Assembly (NCBI RefSeq): GCF_964355755.1
Contig: NC_092670.1
Span: 37,436,388 to 37,500,387, forward strand
DNA from: Antedon mediterranea
Taxonomy: Eukaryota; Animalia; Echinodermata
DNA: 64,000 nucleotides
Direction: 5' to 3'
Positions 36,201 to 47,200 of this stretch are shown here, piece after piece. Within the stretch, counting starts at the first letter, position 1. Each line of letters starts with the position of its first letter. Below the pieces are notes generated by a model. The model was not told the origin of the DNA. It ran no database searches and saw nothing but the letters and a program-made list of their open reading frames with translations. A program made the position numbers and the translations under genes.

Positions 36201-39200
36201 TCCGGTGGAATTTTTTTCAAACAAAAAAAAAAAATTCTAACCGCAAAATGTTTTGGAGATTTCCCCCTATTCATCAGATCGCGGAGTAGTAGTAGGACTG
36301 TCTACAATACATCTTTTTGTATTTCATATAAATATTACGTGTATTTACGATCCATATAAATAATAAATAGGTACGATGTTCAGCGTTTATAGTTTACAGT
36401 CCTGTGTTGAATGTTTCGTTTAGTTTCAAATAATGCGATAAAAAGGCATGTGAAGCCAACCAAGTAAGGCCCGGAACAGGTATAAAAACCCTTATAACAG
36501 CAAGCTACTCAGCCTTACTTAGCTAACAGCCGACGGAGAAAACATGATACAAAAACAATATGTTTGTAGGCCTTACCTACAACTATTCATACACAGAGTG
36601 TTAACCACGGTAAAAATCAAGCCAATGACATTATGTAGTAGAATATAAATTATAGTTATTTTCCGAGTTTCGATTTCTGAAGCTTTTTTGTTAGTACTGT
36701 ATAACCCATATGTATAAGAATTCAAAACACGGACGGACACCGACCCCTTTCTCTCTCTCTGTTTAGCCTTCGGCACGTGTATTCTGGACTATACCATATA
36801 CCAAACAAATGTTGGTGGTGGAAGGGCCATGCATGAATCACCAATTTTAAAGAAAATTTTATTGCATAATTCAAGTGAATAATGAGGAAGCGGACATAAT
36901 TATTCAAAATCAACACTTTATGCCAAAGAGAAGAGAAACAACTATGCACTTTAAAACATAAAGCATTCATAGAAAATAAATATACACAAATTACAAATTT
37001 AGAAAAGAATTCATAAGAAAATTAAATATTTGTTAATTTGATTGATTAGTCAACAACTCTCTCAATACCAGACACCTTTGGAATGACCGAATATGTCTGG
37101 TTTTCCAGAAAGTCTGGTATTCGGAATGTGTTTCTAATGGGCGGCGCCTCAAGAAAAGTCTGGTATTGGGAGCGTTTACTGTATATGTAAAGTAACATTT
37201 ATTTTGCACTACTAATACTATACTACTTTTTAAATATTGCACTAGTGACCAGTAGGCCTACTTGTTTTGCATTTTATCCAGGTCTTTGGGCATTAGTGAA
37301 CAATGCTGGAGTGTCCGGTTCTTATGTTCCATTTGACTGGATGAATGGACAGGAGTGGGATCGCATTCTCAAGGTGAATTTCTTTGGTGTGGTGAATGTC
37401 ACGACAACGTTTGCATCCTTAATAAAGAAAGGGGCGGGGCGTGTGATCAATGTTAGCAGTATCGTTGGTAGGATATCTTTGGGCGGTTGTGGATATAGTA
37501 CAACCAAGTTTGCGGTCGAAGGGTTCACAGACTGTATAAGGTAAGAATGGATACTCTGTTAATTATAATCATTGATAAAAGATAATTTACAAAAACAATG
37601 ATTTCTGTTTTTTTAGGTGGATTCCTTTGTTTATATTATATGAATAGTGAAAATGATTAATAATAATAATAAAAAAATCATTATTATTCATTAATTTTAA
37701 AGATAAAAGTGCTATAGAAAGAGATTAACAGAAAGCACAAATGATTGAAAATGCTACTTAGGGAACAAATACATTTTGTGTTTTTTCTTAAAAAGAAGAG
37801 TACTAGGAGCCTGTCGAATATCCAAAGGGATGCTGTTCCAAAGTTTGCAAAGTTAATAACATTTTTCATCTGTATATTTCAGACTCCAACTTCGCTCCTT
37901 CGGTGTGATGACCTGTCTGATTGAACCAGGGTTTTTCAAGACTAACCTGATGGATGGAATTGTTGAACGACGAGAAATGATTTGGAAGAATTTACCAGAT
38001 GACATCAAGGCGGAATATGGCCAAGATTATTATGATAAATGTAAGCTAAATTTTAATACAGTACTTAAGATTTTCATTCTTTTTTCAAACTTTATGTGAC
38101 AAAATAGTGTGATGTGCCTATATATGGACATGATAATGTCATATCACTACTATATTTAGGCATATCACTATCATATTTGAGCACATCCACACCTTCTTTG
38201 TCAAACTAGTGTAGACAGAGCTTAAGTATTTTTATGCATAAGCTTACTACAATACACATCTGGAGGAATCATGCAACATAAGTGGCCGAGCGGTTAAGAT
38301 AGTGGAACCGTAGCCATTATAAAATCGGCAAGGGTTCAAGGCTAACTTACTCCATAGTTCTGGTGGTAGAACAAGTCTTCTCTGATAAGGACCATAAACC
38401 TTGGCTCATGTGTATACCACCTGTTGGTCCCATCCTTCACTGAAATGTACATCTTAGTGAGAAGTTGAATAAATAATTATCATTGTATACATAATACATT
38501 GAACATTTTTATTTAAAAATTAGCCATACTGTAAAGTAACTGCTGATTAATCTGAACTTGGAGTAGAAACTTACAGCAGTTTCTAGTGACATCATCATTT
38601 ATTCTCAAAATGATTTTATTTCAGTGGTGAAGCTCTTACAAGATACTAAAGACAGCATGAATGGAGAACGCTCCACAATTGTAGTGGACGCCATGGAACA
38701 TTCAGTGACCAGCTGGTGGCCAAAGTCACGCTATCTTGTAGGGTGGGAATCATGGTTTCTATTCAGACTTTTTTCGTTTTTACCAGCAGGCATGATTGAC
38801 CCCATTATGCTTAGATTGTTCAGTCCACAAACTCAAACTAAACATATAATAAGGGCAGAATAGTAAATAGAGTTGATAGTACTGTAGGCAACAATACAAA
38901 TACTGTATTTCTTTTTTATGAAATAGCTCTTTGAAAGAGTGTTCCATAAAAAAGGTACAGTTGGTCTCCCAGTTGTATAATTTGTGTGCTTAGATCGTCA
39001 GTCAACGAACTCAAACTAAACATTAATAATGCAGAATGGACAATAGAGAGTTTATAACAATTATAAAAATATCTCATTTTTTGAGGAATAGCTCTTTAAA
39101 AGAGATGTTCAATTAAAAAAAAGGTACGGTTGGTCTCCCAATTCATTGTATAATTTTTGTGCTTGGATTGCTCAGTCCACGAACTCAAACTAAACATATA

Positions 39201-41810
39201 ATAAGGAATAAGGCAGAATAGACAATAGAGTTGATAACATTACAAATATTTCTTTTTTATGAAATTAGCTCTTTGAAAGAGATATCAAAAAATTCTATAA
39301 TTTTTGTGGATGCATTGTTCAGAAAGATTATTCCACAAAGTTGATCCTTTATAATTCAAATTTCTCTTTCTGTGAACATTATTCCATGATGCTGGAGTAT
39401 TAGTTGATTAATTTCTTGTTTTGTTGTAGTTACTTTTTGAAGTGAAAATTGTCTTTATATTAATTAAATTTGTTAAATAAGATGGTGCAACCCTTGTAGG
39501 CATTTAAATATCATAATCATAATAAATAATAATAACAAACATAATATTTTCCCATCTTTTATGGACATTCTTCCATTTTAGTAGTAAGGGACACTCAATA
39601 AAAAAAACAAAATGATTTAGAATTATTTGCAGATGATTAAATGGGAGAAAATCCTATTTTAGCATGCTTTTCCGTTTTGCATTGTTTGTTGTATACTTTT
39701 TATTTTATTTTATTTTATTTTATTCAATTTCCAGGTAACATACAAAAATCAAAAACAAGGTACGGCATCATTCAACAAAACAGAACAAAACTGTACAGTA
39801 TATGGAATTTTTATTCAGAAAAACAGTGATCAATCATTAACAAGTTCTAATTTACAGTTTGGGAATTATTATTGAAATAAATTAAAATGTATAATACACT
39901 CAGGAAACTAATATGAAGTACTATTGCAAAATATTTAATAGAAAAAGGTGGTTTAATTGTATATTTTGAAACTTTTTAAATTTACAGGTATTTTTGGAAA
40001 TTAACTGGTATGTAAAAGTATTGTTTTATAAGATCACTAATAATATTATATTTGGAATAAATTTTGAATTAATTCTAAAATACAGTAGATAAATTTGTAT
40101 TCTGTTGATTGGTTGAGTGAGCAGTTGGGGCAGAAGTACTGTAATGATGGACATATGGGTTTCATAGAAAGAATTAATAAAATTCTAAGGGTAACATTAT
40201 ATTAAAAAAGGAGGTTATTTAAAGGATTCATTAAGAAAATATACTTTGATAATGATGGCTAAATCAATCCCAAGAAATGTAATAATATTTTTTTTAAATC
40301 AAATCATAATTAAAAGTTGGTAGTGTAGCTTGGAAATTTGGCTCCAGACATCCAGATCGTAAATGACAGTTCTCCAGCTTACTTATCTGACCTTGTGGAT
40401 TGTTATGAATCATCCCGCAGAGGCCTACGATTATTGTCACAAAATCTTTTTCAAGAGCATAGAGCCAAAAATCAGTGGGGGTCAAAGTTCTTTTACGTTG
40501 CAGCCCCAAGTGTATGGAACAGTTTACCAGCAACAGTTAAATGCTCCACTAGTCTGAATTGTTTCGAGACCAACCTGAAAACGTCGCTATTTGATGATGT
40601 ACTCACACGTTGCTAATGCACAAAGTGCCATGAGCTCCACATGGGTGGGGGACACCGGCGCTATACAAGTTTTCATTATTTATTACTATCTGACTTGTTA
40701 ACAAACATAAATAGACTTACTTGCAGAAAAGATGATCACAGACACCTAATGAACATGGTTCTTTCAGCAATTGGGAACTGGTAGGAAAAAAAATTAAAAT
40801 CCAATTAAGTTAGGCCTACTATAACTTTATAAGTCACTTCTTTGACGCAGGGGTACGTCATGCCTCATATGGTGGTATACAGTAGCCTTAGGCCACCTAC
40901 ATAGTGTAAGGTATGACCATGGATAAATTATTTCTCTATGGTATGATCAGACAAATGACATGTCACACACCTATCCCGGGGCGGTGGAGTTGTGCACATC
41001 ATTGACAAGTGATTGATTTTGAAAATTTTAAGTCTTTATTACTACTGTAAGTAGGCCTAGGGCCTACCTAGCTAGCTAGGCCTAGAGGTAGGTTACACTT
41101 ACAGGGAATAATTTCGCCAGTGTAGCATAGCAAAAAGCTATACAAAACAACCTTTTTGCTACACATTTCTACAATTGTGTAGCAAAAAATACAATACAAA
41201 ACTATGTTTCTTGACTAAAAAATCAGTTTGATTAGCAATTTTGCTAAACAAAATTTTCAAATGAAATTTTTCCCTGGGTTAGTACTAGTACTAGGCCTAG
41301 TAGTAGTAGTACTAACTACTAGCTAGGCCTCTACTTATTTTACATTTTATTAGCCAAAACATAAAAACAACAGTCTCTAACAATCTAACATTCTATATAT
41401 ACAGCACTGTCTGTACCAACAAGTAAACAAGATGGGTTTGGGGCGAACCGACTCAATATTCGAGTATGAGTATTACGAGTATGACATATCGGCCTCATCA
41501 TTCATGAATCATTATTTGTATTTTTCTTGTATATGGTTTTATCTTTAACTGATTGTATTGTATGGAGTGAGTGCAGAATCTGTTTGAGCTTTAGCCTATT
41601 CTCATTCCTGGTTATTTTTACATTGATGACCGAATAAATATTATTATTATTATTATTATTATTATAAACAAAACTGACTGTACACATTGTTCAAATTTTA
41701 TAACTAAAAAACAAGATAAAAAAACAACGCATTTACCAAACGCTACATATAAGAGTTTTCCCTAATTCATCGAGAGCGTGAACAGTTGATGTCCATTTAC
41801 GACTTTCCAT
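27274..41810 (-). CDS. BARD1: BRCA1-associated RING domain protein 1, 10 coding exons
   Basis: Exons (-): 41810-41737, 40777-40721, 32422-32253, 32001-30608, 30188-30108, 29472-29300, 29207-29044, 28698-28516, 28023-27902, 27603-27274. RING (CSVC...CDHLFCKYC...CPEC), long disordered exon 4, ankyrin repeats (KRNKKGETPLHLASIKG, PLHEAANHGH, SPLHDA), tandem BRCT (RTLKYLQG, PPLFDGCHFFFHG, WLMDCI). Confidence 0.95.
28060..28370 (-). mobile_element. tRNA-headed SINE with Deu/Nin-domain-like core and L2-like tail
   Basis: Minus strand: gtggccgagcggttaagac (A box), gggttcgaggc (B box), core taaggactataaac...gcactttaaagaacc...gagtagggggttaccccggtg, 3' stem-loop and short repeat tail. Truncated + strand copy at ~38281-38420. 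Confidence 0.75.
28764..28873. mobile_element. MITE family A, right end lost
   Basis: TAA|agctctgtctacactatcaaact plus internal ctaccatattt subrepeats. Confidence 0.8.
29535..29681. mobile_element. Small Harbinger-like MITE
   Basis: TIRs agcttggttcccactag / ctagtgagaaccacgct. Confidence 0.6.
29940..30097. repeat. Long hairpin (~75-bp arms) ending a non-autonomous element (~29765-30100), possibly Crypton-like
   Basis: aataatgaatgttt...tgaatgatgaaaggttatatcaac-tcggctttgcctc-gttgatataacctttcatcattca...aaacattcattatt. Ends ~10 bp from the BARD1 exon 5 donor. The family assignment is a guess. Confidence 0.75.
30474..30596. mobile_element. MITE family A, degenerate, next to the BARD1 exon 4 donor
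   Basis: agctctgcctacgcta...atgcccaaatatggta...gggcacatcacac...tgtcaaactagtttg. Confidence 0.7.
33173..33978. mobile_element. ~800-bp Harbinger-like non-autonomous element
   Basis: TIRs agcccctttctcacaga / tctgtgagaaaggtgct, many subterminal CCGG motifs, flanks TAA / TAT. Confidence 0.75.
34866..38863 (+). CDS. Short-chain dehydrogenase/reductase of the SDR9C group (RDH16/HSD17B6/DHRS9-like), nested antisense in BARD1 intron 2
   Basis: Exons 34866-35190, 37282-37540, 37883-38040, 38625-38863. N-terminal hydrophobic anchor, VLITGCDTGFG, LWALVNNAG, GRVINVSS, YSTTK (YxxxK), IEPGFFKT and P.SRYLVG. Confidence 0.92.
35528..35902. mobile_element. Harbinger/Tourist-like MITE
   Basis: ~45-bp TIR aggcccatttacactaggacgataacgatcgacgataaatagat and its reverse complement; TTA TSD. 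Confidence 0.85.
37050..37182. mobile_element. Tc1/mariner (pogo-like) MITE; related copy at 59201-59380
   Basis: caactctctcaataccagacacc ... gtctggtattgggagcgtttactg|ta. Confidence 0.65.
38087..38222. mobile_element. MITE family A, degenerate
   Basis: caaactttatgtgac...atatcactac subrepeats...gtgtagacagagct|taa. Confidence 0.75.
38808..39282 (+). repeat. ~175-bp tandem repeat (~2.7 copies) spanning the SDR stop codon and 3'UTR
   Basis: tgctt.gat.g.tcagtc.ac.aactcaaactaaacat...gcagaat.g..aatagag...atagctcttt.aaagag starts at ~38808, ~38987 and ~39160. Confidence 0.85.
40335..40686 (+). mobile_element. L2/CR1-group LINE 3' fragment
   Basis: ORF2 C-terminal-like PAYLSDL...RRGLR...FYVAAPSVWNSLP...F.T.LKTSLF, then a gcgctatacaagt...(tta)n tail. 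Confidence 0.8.
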
Positions 41811-42281
41811 TGTGTGTGGGATTTTTCAGATACCTAACGAAACAGAGGTTAGGTAGCCTAGCCTATAGGCCTAGGTAGACTTTTACCGCGGGTTGAAAAT
41901 CTTCTTAAACTGAATTTCCGCGCGTTTTGTTCTCTCTCTCCTCGATCCTCTCCACCACCCCCAGCCAAAGCAGACAAGAGAGGGCGCTAATTCTTTCATT
42001 TATTATATTTTTAACGTTCATCAAATTAAAAATTTAATACAGTAAAATTATAAAATAAAAGTATTATTTTTTCAGCTTCCAAGTAATGTAGGGGAAGTGG
42101 GGGAAATTTAAATAAAAATATAAGAGTGGTTATCCTTATGGTTTTTAATTGGAGGCAGTCTTTAAATCAAATGAGTGTTCACAACATTAGTTTATTAAGA
42201 GCTTTCTCCATCACCCGGGTTCAACGGCTCAACGAGTAAAACGTCACCGTGCAGCAGAGACACACTGAGACAACAAACAAG
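41811..42281. promoter_or_regulatory. Probable bidirectional promoter BARD1 / STK17, with a putative non-coding first exon of STK17 ending at 42281
   Basis: CpG-rich stretch just upstream of the BARD1 ATG. Strong + strand donor AAG|GTAAGT at 42281/42282. CTCF-like agagggcgcta at ~41978. Confidence 0.55.
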
Positions 42282-44233
42282 GTAAGTGGTTCGATTCCTT
42301 CACTAACCATTGTAATTAAGTTCTTATTTCAGCAAAAAATGAAACGCGAAAAACTCGGTTTCGAAAAATTCCACGCGAAAAAAAAACCGATTACGCGAAA
42401 AATTTAAAACCATAAAGCAAAAACACAAAAAAAATGTTTTATAGTTTAATTTTTAAAGTGTTTATGTTATTATGTAATAAACAAAAATTCTTCTATGTTT
42501 TCCATTTAATATAGTTTTTTCAAGTACATTTTTGGTCAAAGTTTATAATTCTTACGGAATATTAACGGCCTAAAAAGAATTAACCGTTACTGATGTTTTA
42601 TTATTTAATTTGTTTATACCGTATAGTACCGTACAATTGTAGTGAGACGGATGCTGATTATTGTGATGTGGTGGTTATTCTCAGGTGGCCATTTGTTAGA
42701 GGGATTCTTAGGCAGAAGAGGTGTGTCCATGGGACTCCCTCCATCTACCAAGAAAAAAAAATCCGGGAATTATAATTTGCTTTGTCAAGACAGATTGAAT
42801 TATGGCGTTGTAGGTTGTGTTGTTAATTTTCTTGCCATTCGTGCCTCTTCATTTCTTCATTTTTATGAAGTTTATCATTTATTTGATTATAATAGTATTT
42901 TTTGTCCTTAACCAAAAACCATTGTCTGACAGACAGTCTAAGTATTTTTTGCTTTAAATTACATTTTTTTCAGATAAATCTTTTTTTTTTCGATCCGGTT
43001 TTGGGTCAAAGTGAATAATTATTACGCGACATTAAAATGGCATATTAAAAAAAAAGAATAAAAAATTTTTGTTTAGGGAAACAGTATATTTAAATGTCAT
43101 GTGACAAGTGACTACTAACTGGAATCTTGGAATATAGTGCACCGCAGTCGAAATTTATTTTACCTTTGTACCTCATTAACAATTTTGTTTTTATTTGTAA
43201 AGGGTTCGTTCAAAGTTAGTTATTTTCATGGATAAGTTGGTTCATACCCACTAAAGCTACCGATATCTGCCAAACAACAACCAACTACCCGGTCAAAAAA
43301 GACTGAAACTGGGGCCAAAATACGTCTAGCTTTTGAAAGAAACCTTACTGTTTACAATAAAATGAAGACAATTCAAAATTGCTTAAAGACACTACCATAA
43401 CAGATTAATTTATGTATTTGCCGAATAATTAAATACAGTTTTGCTCCATAGACGTAAACATTCATATCTGACAACTTCATTCAATTGGTGAGTACCTGTA
43501 TAAAATACAAAATACTTTTTGATAACTCCAAAAAGTGTTATAGCCCCATCTATAGTTTGTTTATTGAACATTTTATGCACGCATCTTGCGATGATAGTGT
43601 TGTTGATGATGATGATGATTGGTTGATAAATTCAAGTAGTTTCTAAGCCTAATTGCCTTTATTATTAACATTGTAGAACAATTTAATGTATGAACTTAAT
43701 TATTTTATACTGAATCATTATCATAGTCATAATTCTAAATATTTGAATTCATCAACTGAAATAATGAGAGTTTGAAATAATATTATTTGCTTATTGAAAT
43801 AAAATTTTAGAAACCAACAGGATCTTTGGGGGCGGGACTTGTGTGAAAATTCGAATTGAGTTTGCAATGTTGATGATCGACAACATGGGTTCATTCACAA
43901 AAAAGTGAGCTAACGAGAGCGGGCAAAGTTGTATTCCAGTTTCTGATTTAAAAAACATTTTATTTCTATTTATATGGAGTTTTTGGAAGTTAAAGTAGCT
44001 TGTGGTGTATAATTTTAACGTTTATTAATAATCGTACTGTTGCTTTTGCCTTTTAAATAATTGTAAAGCTAGGCCGCCGTGTGTTCAGCCTGCACACTCT
44101 GATGATGACCACACGATCAACCACTGCTGATTGCTGTTGAGTGCCGTGCTTTCCAGCTTAAACTTGAGTTGTGCTGATCTGCGGAAATCTTTGGAACATA
44201 GGCCCTAGCTTTTAAATAATAATTTGAGACATA

Positions 44234-47200
44234 ATGTATTCTAAAATAATGTCTGGAGAAATTAGCAATCGTTTTAGATCGGGAGATTTTAATGATCACT
44301 TTTCAGTTCTTCATGAACTCGGACGGTAAGTTTACATTTAATATTTTTTAACTTAAAGAAGCTGAGTTGAGTAAATAGGTCAGTTAGAGCCAAGTTCAAT
44401 TTGGTTGGACAGAATATTTTTGAATAACACTACTGAGTCTTTTTAGATATTCTTGATTTTTTCATGCTAATTCTAATACTTATTGATTTTCAAAGTGAGA
44501 AACAAACCCGGAATCATGCCAAATTAGGTAAATATTGATCAAAATGTACTTTTTAAAACTAGGCCTAAAAGTGAAATATTGAACTTGGATAGCTAGCTAG
44601 CTAGCTGTATGTAAGCAGATTGAATTGTTGAAAGTGGCAGGGCGAATAATAATTATATAAATAATAATAATACACCAGTGTATATAAACCCAGATTTTGT
44701 GTAATTTTGATGCAACTACATTTTGGTTTTCGTGTTATGCTGAGATATTGTAAATTGAATTATATTATAAATTAATTTGAAGTAGTTATTAACAAACAAG
44801 GTATTAACAAATGATGATGATGCAAGTTCATACTAAGTAATCTTGTGTGTGATCACACTCTAAAACGGTTTGATAAACCGGTGACCTACTTTACATAAAG
44901 TATCTTATCTAGGGGGTCGTGTGTTTGAACAGAGAAGAAATTGATTTACAGTGGATACAATGATAAATGTATATTCTAGGATCTTGGCTCTATAAATAGA
45001 TGTGAATGGTCAGGACACTGTTTGATGAAATAATGCTGTTATCACCTACAAGTGTAAAGCTCTGTCTACACTATCAAACTTTGTGACATAAAAATGTGAC
45101 GTGCCCACATATAGACATGATGATGATGTCATATCACTTCACTACCATATTTGGATATATCACTACCATATTTGGATATATCACTACCATATTTGGGACC
45201 ATCACACTTGTCAAACTACTAGTTTGATATAATGTACACAGAGCTTAATGTAAGTTCATATGAGTTACTGTAGTAACAATTTCCGTAGGCTGATATCAGT
45301 GAGTGACTGAATGAAGAATGATATCAAGAAAACCTTAATTTAAATTAATTAACAAAATACCGATACTAGATAAGATGACACACACAGTAATAAAGCTGTC
45401 TTGTACTCAGAGGGTTCTGATTCAACCACCTGAGGTTTGTCCTTCTCATAATAACAGGTGGTATAGTACCACTGAATGAGGGTATTTCTTGAAATAAAAA
45501 CTCCTCAAATTTAATAGTAAATCACTATCATCACTTTGCCTGATGAACCTTTCACATGTATGTAAAATCTAAGGCCAACAAATACAAAAAAAACTGTATG
45601 GTTTTTGAAGCCACATAAAATTTAATAAATTTATTACTATATTATATTATTTTAAATTATTTTTTTAGTTACCAAAAATGAAAGAATCATTATCAAACTT
45701 TATGTGACAACTAAATGTGATGTGCCCACTAAATGTGATGTGCCCATACAGTGTGGACATGGATGTCATCACTACCTTATTTTGGAATATTACTACCATA
45801 TTTGGGAATATCACTACCATATTTGGGCACATCATAATTCTTTACTGTAGTTTGATAGTGTAGACAGAGCTTAAAATAGCGTGTACAGTAAAAGGTGATT
45901 GGACTGTTAAAATGTCATTGTCATGTTGAGCTGCTAACTGTTGATCACAAATAGTAGTAATGTAGTATTTCCGCTCTGAACAAAAAGTGGACAAATAAGG
46001 AATTATTATTACTACAGTCTGTTGGCTGTCATAGCACAGCATACAGTACACATTATTATTTATTAATGCACTAGTAATGTTAACCTAAGGTTGTTTAACA
46101 GCCCATGTTGTTGATGGTTTTATAACATTGATTGTTTTACCCTAGGTTTTAGTGTAATGTTTAGTAGTAAATTTTTTCATGTTCATAATAATCATTGAAG
46201 GGCGTGTGGCGCAGTGTGTTTGACGTTTGACTACTGATCGTGGGTTCGAATCTAACTCTTGATGCGTTGCTTGTACTGTATCCTTAGGCAAGACCCATGT
46301 GTATAAATAGGAACCCGGTAAATAGATCAAGACACACATTTTCGCTGATTACTACTACTACTACATAGCTGCATTATGGGTGTATGTTTCCTTACATGTT
46401 TGATAAAAAAAATGACTGGGGTAATAATGTTCAGCGCTTAGAGGTTTCACAACATTAGGCTTAGGTGCTACAGTATATAAATCCAGGATATTAATATTAT
46501 TATTATTATTAATATGTTTAAGTAACAGTATTCCACAATCCACTTTAAAAGGATGTCCTACATGTATTATAGGGGATTAAACTACTGATCGTTTTACCCT
46601 ATGTTTTACAGTTAGCAAATGATTTTAATGTTCATTAATATGTTTAAACTACAGTACAATATCGCCACAATCCTCTTTTAAAAGGATGCTCTGTATAAGG
46701 GATTACACTTAGTGTATTCCAAACCATCTGCTCTGGTCTTTTGTTTACTAATCAACAAGAACAGTAGACGGGATTAACCCATGCACTGTGAAACCATTGT
46801 GGCACCAAACGAGTATGCAAGGCATAAATTACAACGATAATGTTTTTTTTTTTTATTTCAAGTGCATGTTCAATAGTAAGTCCCTAAGCACTATAACTGC
46901 AATTAGCACTTCAGTATTTCCAAGGTAAAATAGTTTACCATGCATAATACAGTACAGAATTGGTCAATTTGGTTGGAATGAAATATTATTAACGAAAAAA
47001 CACGCTAAAATCTAATTAATTTAAGATAATTCCATTTGAAAAATTTGATTTTTAAAATTAAATAGGATTTTATTAATATGAAGAATTTTTTTTTTTTTGA
47101 CAGTAGTGGGATGCAGTAGAACAACATTGTATTAAAATACTGTTTGTGCTGCCAAAAATTAACCGATAAAAATTAACCGATAATTAACCAATAAACTGCC

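Noticed and set aside
44098-44180. Possible C/D snoRNA or hammerhead (CTGATGATGA...CTGA)
   Set aside because: No terminal stem, no recognisable guide and no GAAA box; probably STK17 5'UTR.
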